Source of the DNA: the human T2T-CHM13v2.0 reference genome, Homo sapiens
DNA: 64,000 bases
Direction: 5' to 3' (one strand)
NCBI RefSeq assembly: GCF_009914755.1
Contig: NC_060929.1
Shown: piece by piece, positions 38,850 through 53,350 of the stretch
Position numbering within the stretch: position 1 is the stretch's first letter
How the letters are laid out: every line of letters begins with the position of its first letter
Translations under genes and position numbers: made by a program
Notes under the pieces: model-generated
Told to the model about the DNA's origin: nothing
What the model saw: the letters and a program-made list of their open reading frames with translations, nothing else
The model's database searches: none

Positions 38850-40700
38850 CAACTTTCCTCCAAGCCGGGGAGGATGCAACGTGGGCCAACCATCCCGCGC
38901 GCTCGGCCCTGGAGGCTGCGGGGAGCGACGCAGCGCGACATTCACCCCCAGGAAAGCGCTGCTTTCCGCAGAGGAGAGAGGCTGACTGTATCCTTAGCTC
39001 GGCTCCTCGCTTCCCCAGCGGCTCGCCCCAGACATTGCACCGCGGAGGGGAGGCCGGTCGACCTCTCCGGCGATGCCCGGCTTCTGCCTGCTGTGGGAGG
39101 GCAGCGGCGGGCACCGTGATCTCCGCACCGAGAAGAGCTCCCCTTGCCCTCTAGTCGAAGCTCCCGAGTGCTCGGAGCACGCTCACCCCTCGCGAACACA
39201 CCCCTGCAGCCGAAGCAGCCCCTGAAGCCCGCAGCGCCTGCAACAGGTCCGGGGCAGTGGGGGAAACTTACAGCAGTGGCGACTGGCCGCAACGCACAAC
39301 TGAGTTCTAGCGACGGTCACGGGCAAGGAGGCGACGAACCGGTCGTCTCAGCCCAGGGAAGCGGTGGCGAATGCCCCGGAGAAAGGAGGGCCAGCCGGGG
39401 AGAGGACTGCGCCCCGAACGATGGCTCGCGGACCGGCTACCGATGGCGTTCGCCTCCGTCTGTCGTCCCCACGCCGCGGACCCGGTGTCCAGGACCCGCA
39501 GAGCGTCTCCGGAGCGCGTCACGGTAGGGCAGAGCAAGCCTGCCACTGCAGGCGCCGCGGAAGGAGGCGGGCTGTGCGCTCGGGGGAGGGAGCTAGAAAG
39601 CGCCTTGTGTGCCGGCGGCCGCCAGGCGTCTGGACCGGGTCTCCGCAGCGCCACCGCCGCACCGCCTCCTCTCCGGCTGCCAGAGCAGTCTGCGCCCCGC
39701 CGCCGTGCGCCCCGCTATAAGTGGCGCGGCGGGGAGGGGAGGGGGCGCGTATGCAAAGAGACCGACACCGGGGGAGGGAGGAAGCGCATTAGCGCGGCCC
39801 GTGGTGTAGGAGGAGGAAGAGGAGGAGAAGGAGTGGGAGGAGGAGAGGAGCTAGAGAAGAGCGTGTCGGGGGAGTTAATCGGGAGAGGAAGCGGGAGAGG
39901 GGGGCTGCGGGGAGTGCAGAGAGACAAAGCGGACGCACTGTCTCAGCCGCTGGCAGCTGCAACCCCGGGAACCGAGAATAAAATAAGTTTTCCCGGGTTC
40001 GAGTGTCTGCGCCTCTTTGGGCCAGCCTGGTTAATGGACAGCCCCGGATCTGAGGGACCCACCTTAGGGGAGCGCAGCCCGGGGCTGTGCGCTTGGTGAT
40101 GCCAGAGCCCGCGAGATGCTCTAAAAAGGGCTGCAAGGGGCGAGCTGGGTATCCGCAGGACAGGCCCTGGGCACGCATAGACAGCGCCTTGGGTAGGACA
40201 CCCAGAGTGGGGAGAGATAGTGGCAATGGACGGGCAAAAGTCTGGACAGTTTAGGGACACTCGGGTTGAGCAAGCCAGGACGTTTAAGTTTCTTGCTGGC
40301 AGAGAGCCAAAGAGACTCCAGCCCCAGGCATTTCCTATGTGTCCTCCCTCCCCACTCCCCAGTGGGTGCGGCACCCCCGGCTGGACTCTGCCCTAAGCCA
40401 GGCGACTGCAGGGGCAGCCGGGGCGCAGTCCTGCGGGGCGCGCACCACGTGCTTTTCAGCCAATCGCCGCGGCCGCTTGATTCAAAGTGAACTCCTCAAA
40501 GCAGCAGCCACGCCGCCTCCTCTCCTAGCGATTAAGCCTCCATCACCTTCTCCTGTTTTTTATCGCTCGGTGGTGTTAGTTTGGAGTTCAGTAAAGAAAT
40601 GGCCCAGCACACACACACGTTTAATAGTCCCGCGTGTCAGGAGAAAGGAAGGCGATTCGAAAAATAATCTCGCGTGGTGATCACTTTTACGAATCCCATT
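38850..40700. promoter_or_regulatory. CpG island / ENC1 promoter (probably bidirectional)
   Basis: Very high GC and CpG density against a CpG-depleted background; GC boxes 39722-39748, TATA-like 39716-39722, E-box CACGTG 40446-40451, CCAAT 40460-40464, TCF/LEF-type TTCAAAG 40481-40487. Confidence 0.9.
39272..39692 (-). other. ENC1: ENC1 exon 1 (non-coding, GC-rich 5'UTR); 5' end approximate
   Basis: Donor GCT|GTAAGT at 39272/39271; lies in the CpG island ~25 nt downstream of a TATA-like CTTATAG (39722-39716); no ATG seen on the minus strand in this interval. Confidence 0.8.
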
Positions 40701-43698
40701 TATCTTTGCAACTAGAGGCTTGTCTTTCCACTGGGAGTTAAAATATCTGTCTTTTATTCGGTATTTGGAGCTAAGTCTATAAATGAACGGGATAGATGAC
40801 CGGTCCAGCCCCCTTGTTTTACAGGTGGGGAACCGAGGCCCAGGGAGATGTGAATTGCCTGGCTCGTAGTCACTTAGCAACAATGTCCCAGCTCTGCAGC
40901 TCGAGAGTGAGGGCCCCACGACAGAGTTTATTCCGTCCCCGGGTCCCCGCGTCCCCAAGCGCCCGCGCTTCGCCTCCCAGCTTGCTTTAAAACACTAGGC
41001 GCAGGAGCGATTTAAACTGGCTAAGGAGGCCCCACATGGCGCTTCCAGAGTCCAGACTGCTGAAACCAAGACTGTCAGTTCTTCATTCTAATTTCATTTT
41101 CCTTTATCCTTGTTCCTTCCTGGTATTTGCGCCGAGAAATTTCGCTCCTTGCAAACAAAGAAAGACAGTGCCCTCTGAAGTCCTTTGTTAGCATTAACTC
41201 GGCAGCCTCACCACGAACCTTTCAATATATATATTTTTTAATGCAGAGTCTCGGCTTGAGGCTGATTCACAGAGACAGCCCGGATCAATTCATGTCAAGA
41301 ACCACGTATGGAGAGCCAGGGGGGCTGCGAGGTTAGGAGAGGGCTGGCAAGCAGCACCCAGGTTCTGAAGCAAAGACCAGACAGATGGAAACTCTGTAGA
41401 CTCCAGAGATAGGTGCTGAAAAGATGGGAGGCGGAAATGTGTAACTATTGCACATATGTCTTTTTAAAACATGTTTCTGTAGCCTGTGGCAAGGTGTGGG
41501 GGAGCTCATCAAGGCAGCCACCAACGCACCTTTTAGACACCTCCTAGACCCACTCTGTCTGCTTCCTTTGTGAGTCAAATCTACCTAAAACGGCACCTAG
41601 ATGACCTTGCCTAGAAATGGACTATGTACATAGCTCAGCTGGTTGGTTGGGGATTTTGCCACAGGAAGCGACAGAACTAGGGACAGGTATGTATCTTTAC
41701 CACCTAGAAATTGCGGGATGTCCTTAACCAAGGGAACAGCAAAGTTCAGATCCCTTTGCAAAGAACTTTGCTAAGCAGGCAGGGCTGAGAAAGGAAAGAA
41801 ATCCGCTGGCCATTGTGTCACCATCCGCTGGTGCCACTTTCCTGTATCTTTTCTACCTAATGTTGCCACTTTCTATGCTTCAATAGAAGAAAGGGAAAAA
41901 AAGCTGTAGACTGGAAAATCTTGAAATGCATTCAGTGACCGTATACATTCGCTTCATCTGCCTCGGGGAGATAAGCAATACAAGAGAAAAGAAATTAGCT
42001 TATGTAAGTCCTAAAAACTGGAAAACATTTTCCTGCTGAAAGTCACAAGAACTAAACTTGCAAGTTTGGAAATCATGGGTGCTACTGATGACCTCCTACA
42101 AACTGTACTCTGGTTTGCTTGAGCCAATCTATGACTAGTTTTCGGGCAGTTGGGCAGTTTTTAATGCTTATCTCAGCTGAAAATGATTTGCAAGTTAGCA
42201 AATTTATGATCATAGCAATTCAAACGGTGTAATCCCACAGCATCTCTCAGCCAATCCTAAAGGTAACTCTTATCACCCCACTCACACAAAGAAAAGCTGA
42301 GCAAGTCTTCATTTTGTACAGGAAGAAACTTCTAAACAGGGCTGTCATCAAAACTGGACGACCATAGACATAGCAGATATCTGAGTCACAAACAAGTCAG
42401 GAAATGCTGCTTACACTGTATCCGCATTACACAATAGCCAACACTTCACACAAGACATTAGGCCAGTCCTGTAGGCCCTTGGGAGCAGGTCTTTGCCTCT
42501 GTCTTGTGACATCAAACCAAAGTCTCATTTTTTAATGCTATTAAGAAGCTGTGCCCAAGGCTTTGGGCTTGTTATCTCCCCTAACAATGTTATTTTGTTA
42601 GGCCGCAAAATAAGCAGCATGCGGTTAAATGTATTAGCTGCCTTCAAACCTAATTTATCTTCATTCCTTCCTAATTTACACTTGGGCTGAATTAATGAGA
42701 ATGATTTAATTAACACGGTGCGATCATGGTACCAGGGACAGGACAGCTCAGGGAATTAGACCAAACAGTAGGCTAAGCAGCTGCCATCCTGCCTCCGGTG
42801 GTCTCCTGAAGCCCCACCCAAATTCAGACATGTTCCCTGCTGGTATTCCAAAAGCGCCCTCTTTGTTTTATGAGGACACTTTCTGAATCTGTGCAAGGAA
42901 GATAGCACAGCTTTCCTTCCCCGAGTTATTTGCTAGATGGACTTCAAGGCTGTGTCCTGGAGACAGAGTGTGGCAGAGGGGCCAACTGCCCACCAAAGAT
43001 TTGTGCTCCCCTTCCATAGTGTCAAGTTCGTGTTGGGAAGTGGACGCCCAGTCAGGGACCACACCTCCCAGTAGCACATATGTTGCGATCAACATCCCTG
43101 AAGGGGAAGGGAGGGAAGCAGGGTGGACAGATGGAGATGCTGAGCTGGGATGTGGTCTCAGCCAAGCCTTGGCTGACGCCATGGGGACCTCTGGAGCTGA
43201 AATGGCCTCACAGGTTGTCTGCATTTAGGGCAAGAAGGCTTTTATAGGGCTACATCACCCAGTTGCTGAATGCAGCTTGCCCAGGGAAGGGACCATGGCT
43301 TTGGGCAAGGTGGTGCTCTTTTGCTGAGGGAGCTGCCAGCACACACAGAGGCTGGAGGAATAAGCCCTCCATTCCCAAAGGAGGATCTGAAGACCTCAGA
43401 ACAGTGAGAATACAGATATACAAACCTAGGAAAATGAGACCTCAGCTTCCATCAGCAATCCTCTTATTTTTAAAAAGAGAGAGAGAGGAAAGTCTGGCTG
43501 TTTATTAAAGAGATGAGAATAAGGAAAAACACAGGTAATCGATACAAGAAATTATCAGCATTTTATAAATCAGTTATCACTTTTTTGTCTGGGGAAGACA
43601 AAGGGTCTAAATCGATAGTTTTCTAAATTTTGGTTTGCCATCTTCTATCTTTGTGCGTTAAAAAAAGTTATGTTTATGTTAAATATCTGTCATGATAA

Positions 43699-44041
<343 letters not shown>

Positions 44042-44171
44042 TAGGAGTATTCTTAAGATTGCATCCGAATTGGTTTGATCATATTTTAACATTTCAGTTG
44101 CTTCCTACATCCATTATGTGTGTCACCTTATGTGTATTTTTGTGAATTAAGCTGGATTGTATAGTATGATT

Positions 44172-44332
44172 GTTTTTAGAGGTGAGCCCGTGCTAAGTTG
44201 CCAGGCTGGAGTGCAGTGGCTATTCACAGGCCGACATGGTTCACTGCAGCGTATAACTCCTGGGCTCAAGCCATCCTCCTGCCTCTTCCTCCTGAGTAGC
44301 TGGGACTGCAAGCGGGTGCCATGGTACCTGGC
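44172..44332 (-). mobile_element. FAM (fossil Alu monomer)
   Basis: Single arm retaining the 7SL-derived GCCTGTGAATAGCCACTGCACTCCAGCCTGG segment; TSD tatagtatgatt at ~44160 and ~44338. Confidence 0.85.
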
Positions 44333-44929
44333 TCCATATAGTATGATTTTTAACTTCAAATTCCAATTGTTCACTACTGCTACATATAAATACAATTGAC
44401 TTTTGTATTATGATTTTTAATGGAAAATGTTGTGTGAAAGTCTGTCTTTGTCCCGTAAGTACTAAGCACCACTGTTCGTGTTGAGCTCCTCTATTAGGGG
44501 CTTGTTATAGATGGGAAATTCATTCTTCCTTTGAGACTCCTTCACCTTATACAGCCCTTCAAGGAGTGACATTTCAAGGAGTAGACAGTTTATTGGCTGC
44601 TTACAGGACTGGAGAGAGACATATTTGAGTCACTTTCCTTGTATTACTCTATAAAGTTAGGTCATTAGGAAATCAAGTGATCTAGACTGCTTATGTTGTT
44701 TCTACTCCAGGGCCTTTCAAGACAATTATCTTCACAGCCTATTGTAGGTTATAGATTTTAGGGTCAGCATTTAAAACAGCGCTTATTATTTTCTCAGAAC
44801 AATGTATGGTAGAAATATAGAAAACACAGAAAAGCAAAAGAAGAGCCGCAAACCTATCACTTGGAGATAATGACACTCATTAATCTCCATTTAAGTTCCA
44901 TTCTTCCTATGTCTGCATACTATTTTTTT

Positions 44930-45170
44930 TTTAACAGTTATGTGATTAAGAGTAGAGACTCTAGAACCAAACTTGGATCCCTACTTTTATATTTAGTAGC
45001 TGGGTGTTTGAGGGGCAAGTATGGCAATATCTCGGTGCCTTCATTTCCTAATCTGTAGTATGGGATAGTAACAGTACCTGGCTGGAAGGTTGTTTTGTGG
45101 ATTAAATAAATTAGTATGTGTAAAGTACATAGAACAGTGCTTGGTATGTGGGAAGGGCTATATAATGCTG
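44930..45170 (+). mobile_element. MIR
   Basis: gtgattaagagtagagactctaga..gggcaagt..cctcatttcc..gggatagtaacagtacct..gtaaagtacatagaacagtgcttgg. Confidence 0.75.
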
Positions 45171-45362
45171 GCTTTTATAATGATTCCTTAGTAAACTGCT
45201 TAAGGAGAATGATATTCTTGAAACCTGTAGATATTTCCTTCCAAGTAACTCTCCTAAATAAAAGTGACTTGAATCTTTATCAAACTCTTATTTCCACATC
45301 TGCTCAGTAGCACTGGGTTAAGGGACACACTGGTGTCTTGAATGAGTTCACAGATCTCTTAG

Positions 45363-45833
<471 letters not shown>

Positions 45834-46964
45834 AACAATTCATTCTTCATTCTCCATTACTTTAAAAAACGAAGCTGCTGCAAAGGGAAAAGAATTTAAG
45901 AAATCACACGTTTTAAAAAGAAATAGCTAGCTATATTTAGAAGAAGGTAGCCCTGCCAAAACACATCACACATGGAATATAGATGCCTACTTTTTCCTGC
46001 CCTGAAGAGCTTGGAGAGTGTGCTTGGTAAAAGCTCACTCAGATCTATCAGAATCACACAAGGCCTCTGTGGGGTGTGGCTTTGCACAACCCAGGGGAAT
46101 CCTGAACCATTTTTCTCCCTGTTTTTCTTTTGAGTACCCCAAGGCTCCTGGATCCAAACTCTTAATTTGTTCTAAGTAATTACATTCAACAATTGACCGT
46201 TGTTTGAAGCAATGAAAATGCAGGTTTTGTTTGGCCTCTATGCTCTGCTTCTAGGGCACAATGCCAAGTCTCTAAGCATGTCTGGGCATGAAGAAGGGAC
46301 TAGAAGAAGGGACCTTTGTGGTCCAAGGGCTTGCACCTTTGAATGAATATTAAAAGGATTTTATGGTACTCTGCAAGCACAGATGCTACTTACTGCTTAT
46401 AGCTCAGCTTGGGCAGGAGTCTGAAATCAGGAAGCTGCAAGTTAACATTAGCAGAATGAACAAAGAATGAAGAAAGAGATAGAGACACTGATGCGTGTGT
46501 TGTCAGAAAGAAAGTTTCCATAAGTGTTTCTCCTCATGATTTTGAAAACACGACATGAACAAGGATATATACAAGCATCCGCAAATTTCTCTTAGCCTCG
46601 TAAGTAATTTTAGAAAACATTCACTATAAGATCCCAAATAAAGTTGGAAGACTTGCAATTTCTTTATCTGAGGATATTTGGAAATATTGACATATCAGGA
46701 GGAAATGGTAACTTTTTAAAAGTATGTATATTCAAATAGTTATGTCAGTTTTCATACCCACAGTTATCTGAGAAATTGTGGTTTCATTCATTTAGCCAAT
46801 CAGTCATTCATTCAACAAATATTTATTTACAGGCATCGTGCTAAGGAATATCCCAGTTTCACTAGGCTTCTCTCCCAGCCTTTCATTGTGATCTTACAGT
46901 GTCTAGGCTTGGCCTGCCATCAGTGTACTTGTATTTGCATTTGGAAGGTATCTCCTTTCAACTC

Positions 46965-47520
46965 TGAAAGACAGAGGTGGTCTAATGGAGGCCAAGAGAA
47001 CCCATGTTTAGGCTGAAATGCCACCATTTAGCAAATATGTGATCCTGGGCAAAGTATTTATTCTCTCAGACTCAGTTTCTCATCAGTAAAATGGGGCCTA
47101 ATAATTATAATATCCAGTTTGCAGGGATACTTGAGGATTATAGAGCATAAAAGCACTCTGAAACTGAAGATCTCTGTGAATGGTCTTTTATTTAATGCCT
47201 GAGAAACTTGCATTGCCTTAAGAAAATTATCCCAAATGGTCCAAGCATTAGGTTATTGTAAGAGATGAAACCATTTCTTCTGACTATTGTATTAAAAAAC
47301 ATATTTACTTTTGTAGTTGGCTTTTTAAATTCTTAATATTAGTCAAAGTAGTAAACACACATGGAGGCACACTCAAATAGTACCGAAGGACAAGAGGAAA
47401 GGTGCAGTCCCCTGACACCTCCAATCCCCTTCTCCAGCCCAATCTGCAGAAAGAACCATGCAACCATTCCTATTTTCTGTTCTTCAGCTTTACCCCACAG
47501 TTATATTGCCCTTATACTGT
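46965..47520 (+). repeat. Left arm of a long inverted repeat (MIR-derived outer end)
   Basis: Aligns to the reverse complement of 49401-50264 once the Alu is removed. Confidence 0.95.
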
Positions 47521-49400
47521 CTTAATAGTGGGAGGAAACATCCCGGGGTTTTCCAAAACTGCACCAATTTCTTCTACACCTCTTCTAGGACACTTGTTGA
47601 AAGTGAACAGGAACACCTAGGTACATTCTAATTTTTCAAACAGTGGTTTTCCAGGCAGAATCTTGATCAATGTCATCGGCATACATGTTCATTTTTAAAA
47701 TTCCATACATAATTTTCTATGGCTTAATAAAATATAAACAACTTTCCACATCCCAATTTTTTGCATGTGTGTTATTATGGACAAAAGTTTGTTTTGCTTT
47801 TTTTGCTTGTTTGTGTGTTTCTTGTGCTAGTCACCTAAGAATGAAACTGCCACCCTCAACAAAACCAGGAATGGAACACTGTAGCACAGAACACAAATGC
47901 GGGTTTCCACAGACCACAGCACAGAATTTGGGTAAAGCAATAGTGCCCTCTTCTGGCTACAATGAAAAACCAATTATAGAAGGGTCTGAAGATATTCAAA
48001 ACCAACCCTACCGAAAAAGAAAACAATGAACATTGTGTGTAGACCCTTGTGGATCCGTTTGAGCAGCCACTCTTGCTGTCATAGCCCTAAAGTTTCTGCA
48101 TTCAAATGAGCAATGCCAAATGTAATCTGGGGTCCGGCCGGCCTGCAACAATGCCGTGAGCTCCTGTGTTCCTTAGACTGGCTAGCAGAGGGCACAGCTG
48201 GGTCATGTATTTTCTCAGCAGAGACTGAGCAATTTCCAACTAGCCAACCCAGTGCCACTGCCCCCTCTGTGCACAATAATAATATAAGTTGTCCTGAGGG
48301 CCCCTGGACAGGGACTCATTTGTCCAACGGGATGGTCTTGGAGCTAGTAACAATGACTAGAATCCCTAACATTTATATGGTCTTGTGTGCTAGGCACTTT
48401 CTATGCTTATTTCCTTTAATCCCCACAGCAACCCTGAAAGAATAATGTCTCACTTCGGTGAAGCCAAGAGCTGAGTGCTTAACCACTGAACTACATTGCC
48501 TCCTCTATTTTCCTGATTATCTAAGGCCCATTCTTTTCTGTTCTCTGGAATGCCAGCCTTGAACACCTGGCACATACCCAGTGGATTTCTAAGAAATGAT
48601 TTTCTTGGTTTACTTTGCTCCATGTTGACAGGCCTGATAAAGGTGTGACAAATGAGAAGCTGGAATCAATTGACTAAAATGGTATAGTTGTGTTTTTTTA
48701 ATCCACTTGTACTCTTTTACCATAGTTGATTGAATGTCTTACCAGATCATTCTTTCATTCTGGCACACAGTACCCATAAGAGATTGTTACATCAGTTCAC
48801 AAGCAAAGGAATGTCCTAATCAAATTGCTCTTTTAAATTTAGATCAGACATAGTTCCTTAACTATGGAATGAAGCACTGTTTCCCCAACTATGATCAAAT
48901 CCCAAATATTGAGAGAAGCATCTTTTTCCCACTTTGAAATCTGTAATCCAAATGTCCAGGCAAGCTCTGGGTATCCTCCTGGAAGGATCTGGAGCAAAAA
49001 TGCAATGGAAAATGAAGGAAGTGTTTAACTTCTTGGCTGTAGCCAGCAACTGTGACATTATGTTTAAAAACCCACGATGCACAGATTCAGCTGAAGTTTG
49101 AAGTCTTTATATAGGACAATGGTTTACAGATGCAAAGCATGCTGTCAGTGAGCGGGCACGGAACCTCCTCGAGCATGTTACAGTGCCTTTCACTTCTTGA
49201 AGAAGCCAAACACAGTAAAACCTCAATCGTCTAGAAGCCAACTCACTAGAATAATTAATAAAACATTTTTCCTACACTGAACTTTTAGAGGACAGATGCT
49301 AAACACACAAAAACATATCCCTGTTGGAGCATTCTTTTAAAAGCAAATGATGTTTACCTAAGCAACAAATTGGTAAGATTTACTTGATAAACATGAACTA

Positions 49401-50264
<864 letters not shown>

Positions 50265-53190
50265 CCACTGTGTGTCTAACCCTTAGCGCAGCACACAGTA
50301 GTAACGTAACTATTTATAGCATGAATAAATTTAATACGTTTAACAAATGAATGAATGGCTCTTCCTAGTACCTCACAAAGAAATATCAAAATTATGCCCT
50401 TTGTTCTATACTCGCTAAGGCAAGAAAGTCTAACAAAACATTTCAAATAAATTTTCACCTTGGACTAACCCCAAATGATTTGCCTTAGGCTATCTAGAAA
50501 GCTCCATTTCCAGAATATTTTGCTTAATCAGTTTCATTGGATGCCTCAAGAAATAGGACCACATTCAGGGACATCACTTAAAGGAGGATTCCCCCAAATC
50601 TCCAAGCAAGGACGATCATTGACATATGATGAATAAACCTGTACAAATAACCGAGGTCTCTTTTGAAGCATGAACCTTTCTATGGATAAACTAACCAGCA
50701 TCTCTGTGCTTTTCCTCTCATGATAAGAAGTGTTAAATCACCCAAACAGCAAGTCACCCAAAGGCTGAGGTAATTCATTTCTGCTCCTGGGTGATTAATT
50801 GGTCTGTATGCCTTGGTGCTAGAAGTGATAAGACTTAGGTAATGGAAAGCCAGAGCATATCTCCAGGTTCACAATAAGTAATGGGTTATTAATTCGAACA
50901 TGCCAGCACAAATCCTCCTGGCCTGTGGTCAGGTAGGTAAGTCTATTTGCCAGCTCTGTGTAAAACTACTCTTATGCCAGACAAACTAGGACGTGTCTAA
51001 AAAGTCAGACACTGCATTCTTTTGCTTGGTCTAATACTCAACTCTGGCATGAGATGTCTACGTGGAAATTAAAATGATGAACTCTTTTACGTGAGTAGGT
51101 AATACATATGCATGGATCATCCATAAATAATAATTAATGTCCATTTAGAGTCACAGTGGTTTACCTCTCAACAATCCCAGGAGGTAGATACTATCATTAT
51201 CTCCATTTTGCTCATGAGGAAACAGGGGCAATGATGCGTTTGAACTTGTGCAAGAATCCAGTTATTAAATGGCAGAATCCAGACCCCTCGCTTTCTTTTT
51301 CAGAGCTGTGCTCTCCTAGTGTGTGGGCCTCCTGGCCCACGTGTCCAGCAAGCAAGCCACTCCTGAATACACAGTAGCCGTTTGCCTTCATGTATTTGCT
51401 TAATCAATGGTACGAAAATTGCAGCCGCTCCCATGTGTTGGGATGTTTTGCAAAATTTTTTACATTCAAAAGAGTCCTCATAGTTGGGTATAGTTAGGAC
51501 AAACAGACCATAAGAAAATGTAACTTAATTTTTCTAGAACAGAACTTTTTACCATAAGACCCTAATCTGCTAGTTTGGTGGAAACTTCATTTGAGTCATG
51601 TAAGGGATTCCCTCCCTTACCCCCACTACCCCCAGGATTGTGTCCAAGTTCCAAAGTGTTCTTGAGCAGCCAAAAGTCAGGGATAGAGGCTCATCTGGTC
51701 CTCCCACATCTGCCCACAGCACCAGCTCCGAGATAACCATCACCCTCTCTGAGCTCCAATAAGGTGGCTACTCAGTCTTGTCTCACTGCAGTCCCAGGCC
51801 CATCCCATAAGGAGCAAGGGGGAAAAGCCTCCCTCTTGGGCGACTACACACATCTACGCTAGTGACACATATCCCTTTATATACCAGTCATTTTTAATGC
51901 CCTCTTTGCTTTACTGAAATGGAATTTATAGATAATAGACTCTATTGAATATAACTTCAAAAAACTTTAACATTTCTTAACTGTAATGTAAAGGAGGACC
52001 CAATAGAAAAGTATAATAAAATTATATGCACTCAAATATGTGAATGCTCTAGCTTGACTACAGTAGGAGGCATTATAAAAAGAGTCAGGTGGTTACACAC
52101 ACATGCAGAGTCATTGTGAATACGCTTCTACAAATGCAGACTGAAACTGAGTACTCTATTGGCCCTTCAAGTACCATGACTCACATTACGTCAATAATTT
52201 TTTAAAGTAATTTTTACAAAATGATCAATTCTTGCTAAAGTTTAAAAAAAGTAGCTGTCCCTCAATTTACACAGTAATCCCACTCCTGGATCATTCAGTG
52301 AATATTAAAACACTACAAAAATACTATGTAAAAAATATAGGTGGGCAACTTTCCCCTCTGGCCAAGATGAAGTAGCAGGGAATCGCTTTCTGCTCCCACC
52401 TGAAACAATAGAAGCCAGCAAAGCATATGAAACCATTGGGTCAGCAAGCTCCAAAAGCCAACCTTCCAGGCCATGGTTTCAGGGCTTCTGTGATCAATTC
52501 CTGCAGGATCTCAACTTTAAACCATTAAATACATCCTCTCTCTTTGCTTGAATGTACAATATAGATTTACAGTTTGCTAAGGGGTGCTTCCATAGGAGTT
52601 GTGATGTTGATGTCATAGTTACTTTTGGCCAAAAGTGATACTGTCAAGCCCTGATAAAGTTCCTGGAATTGTAAACCTGGCATGACTGAAATCCTTCTGT
52701 CAAAATCAGTGGATTGTACACTCTGCTGACCAGAGAGTTATGAAAGGCACAATGGAAAGATAGCACATAAGCCAAAATTCAACAGAAAAAATTTATTGAA
52801 CGCCTACTATGTGTCTGGTTATAGAGGTCGATAGGTCACATCTTCAAAGAGCTCAGAGACTAGTAGGGGTGTGGTCTAGTTGCAGGCTTCTAAATCAGTA
52901 ATAAGGCCATGCCCATGCCAAACATCTCAATTTCCCATGCAAAAAAAAGATCAAGGTGTCACTTATCCTATGGACGCCAGCTTGAGGGGCTCCAGGTGTA
53001 AACAGTGAGTCCTCCCGGCTCCATCCTGGTGAAGCTGCCCTCACTCCCTTTGCCCCACCCAAGATCATTCTTGTGGACCCAGGTGTAGCCAGCTCACACT
53101 AGGTGCTCCTGAGTGTGAGGAGCCAATGCATCTCTGGAATGTGGCTCACTGAAAACATCTGTCTCCAAGACAGCAGGTATTTATTTACAC

Positions 53191-53350
53191 CAGTGCTTCT
53201 CAAACTTTAATGTGCACACGAATCACTTGGGGAACTTGTTAAACTGCAGATTCTGATTCAAGAAGTCTGGGATGGGGGCAGAAATTTTGCATTTCTAACG
53301 AGCTCCCAGGTGATGCCGACACTGCTGGTCTGCAAAACACACTTGAGTCC
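53191..53350 (+). mobile_element. MER5A hAT relic
   Basis: cagtgcttctcaaactt..aatcacttgggga..tgcagattctgattca..tgcatttctaac.agctcccaggtgatgc. Confidence 0.8.

Noticed and set aside
38785-40680. Many 100-240-aa ORFs in the CpG island, including 39371-40099
   Set aside because: Stop-codon scarcity at high GC; low-complexity Arg/Gly/Pro/Ala translations in all six frames.
44172-44332. Functional 7SL RNA gene
   Set aside because: Lacks most of the S domain, is diverged and is flanked by a TSD; it is a FAM retrocopy.
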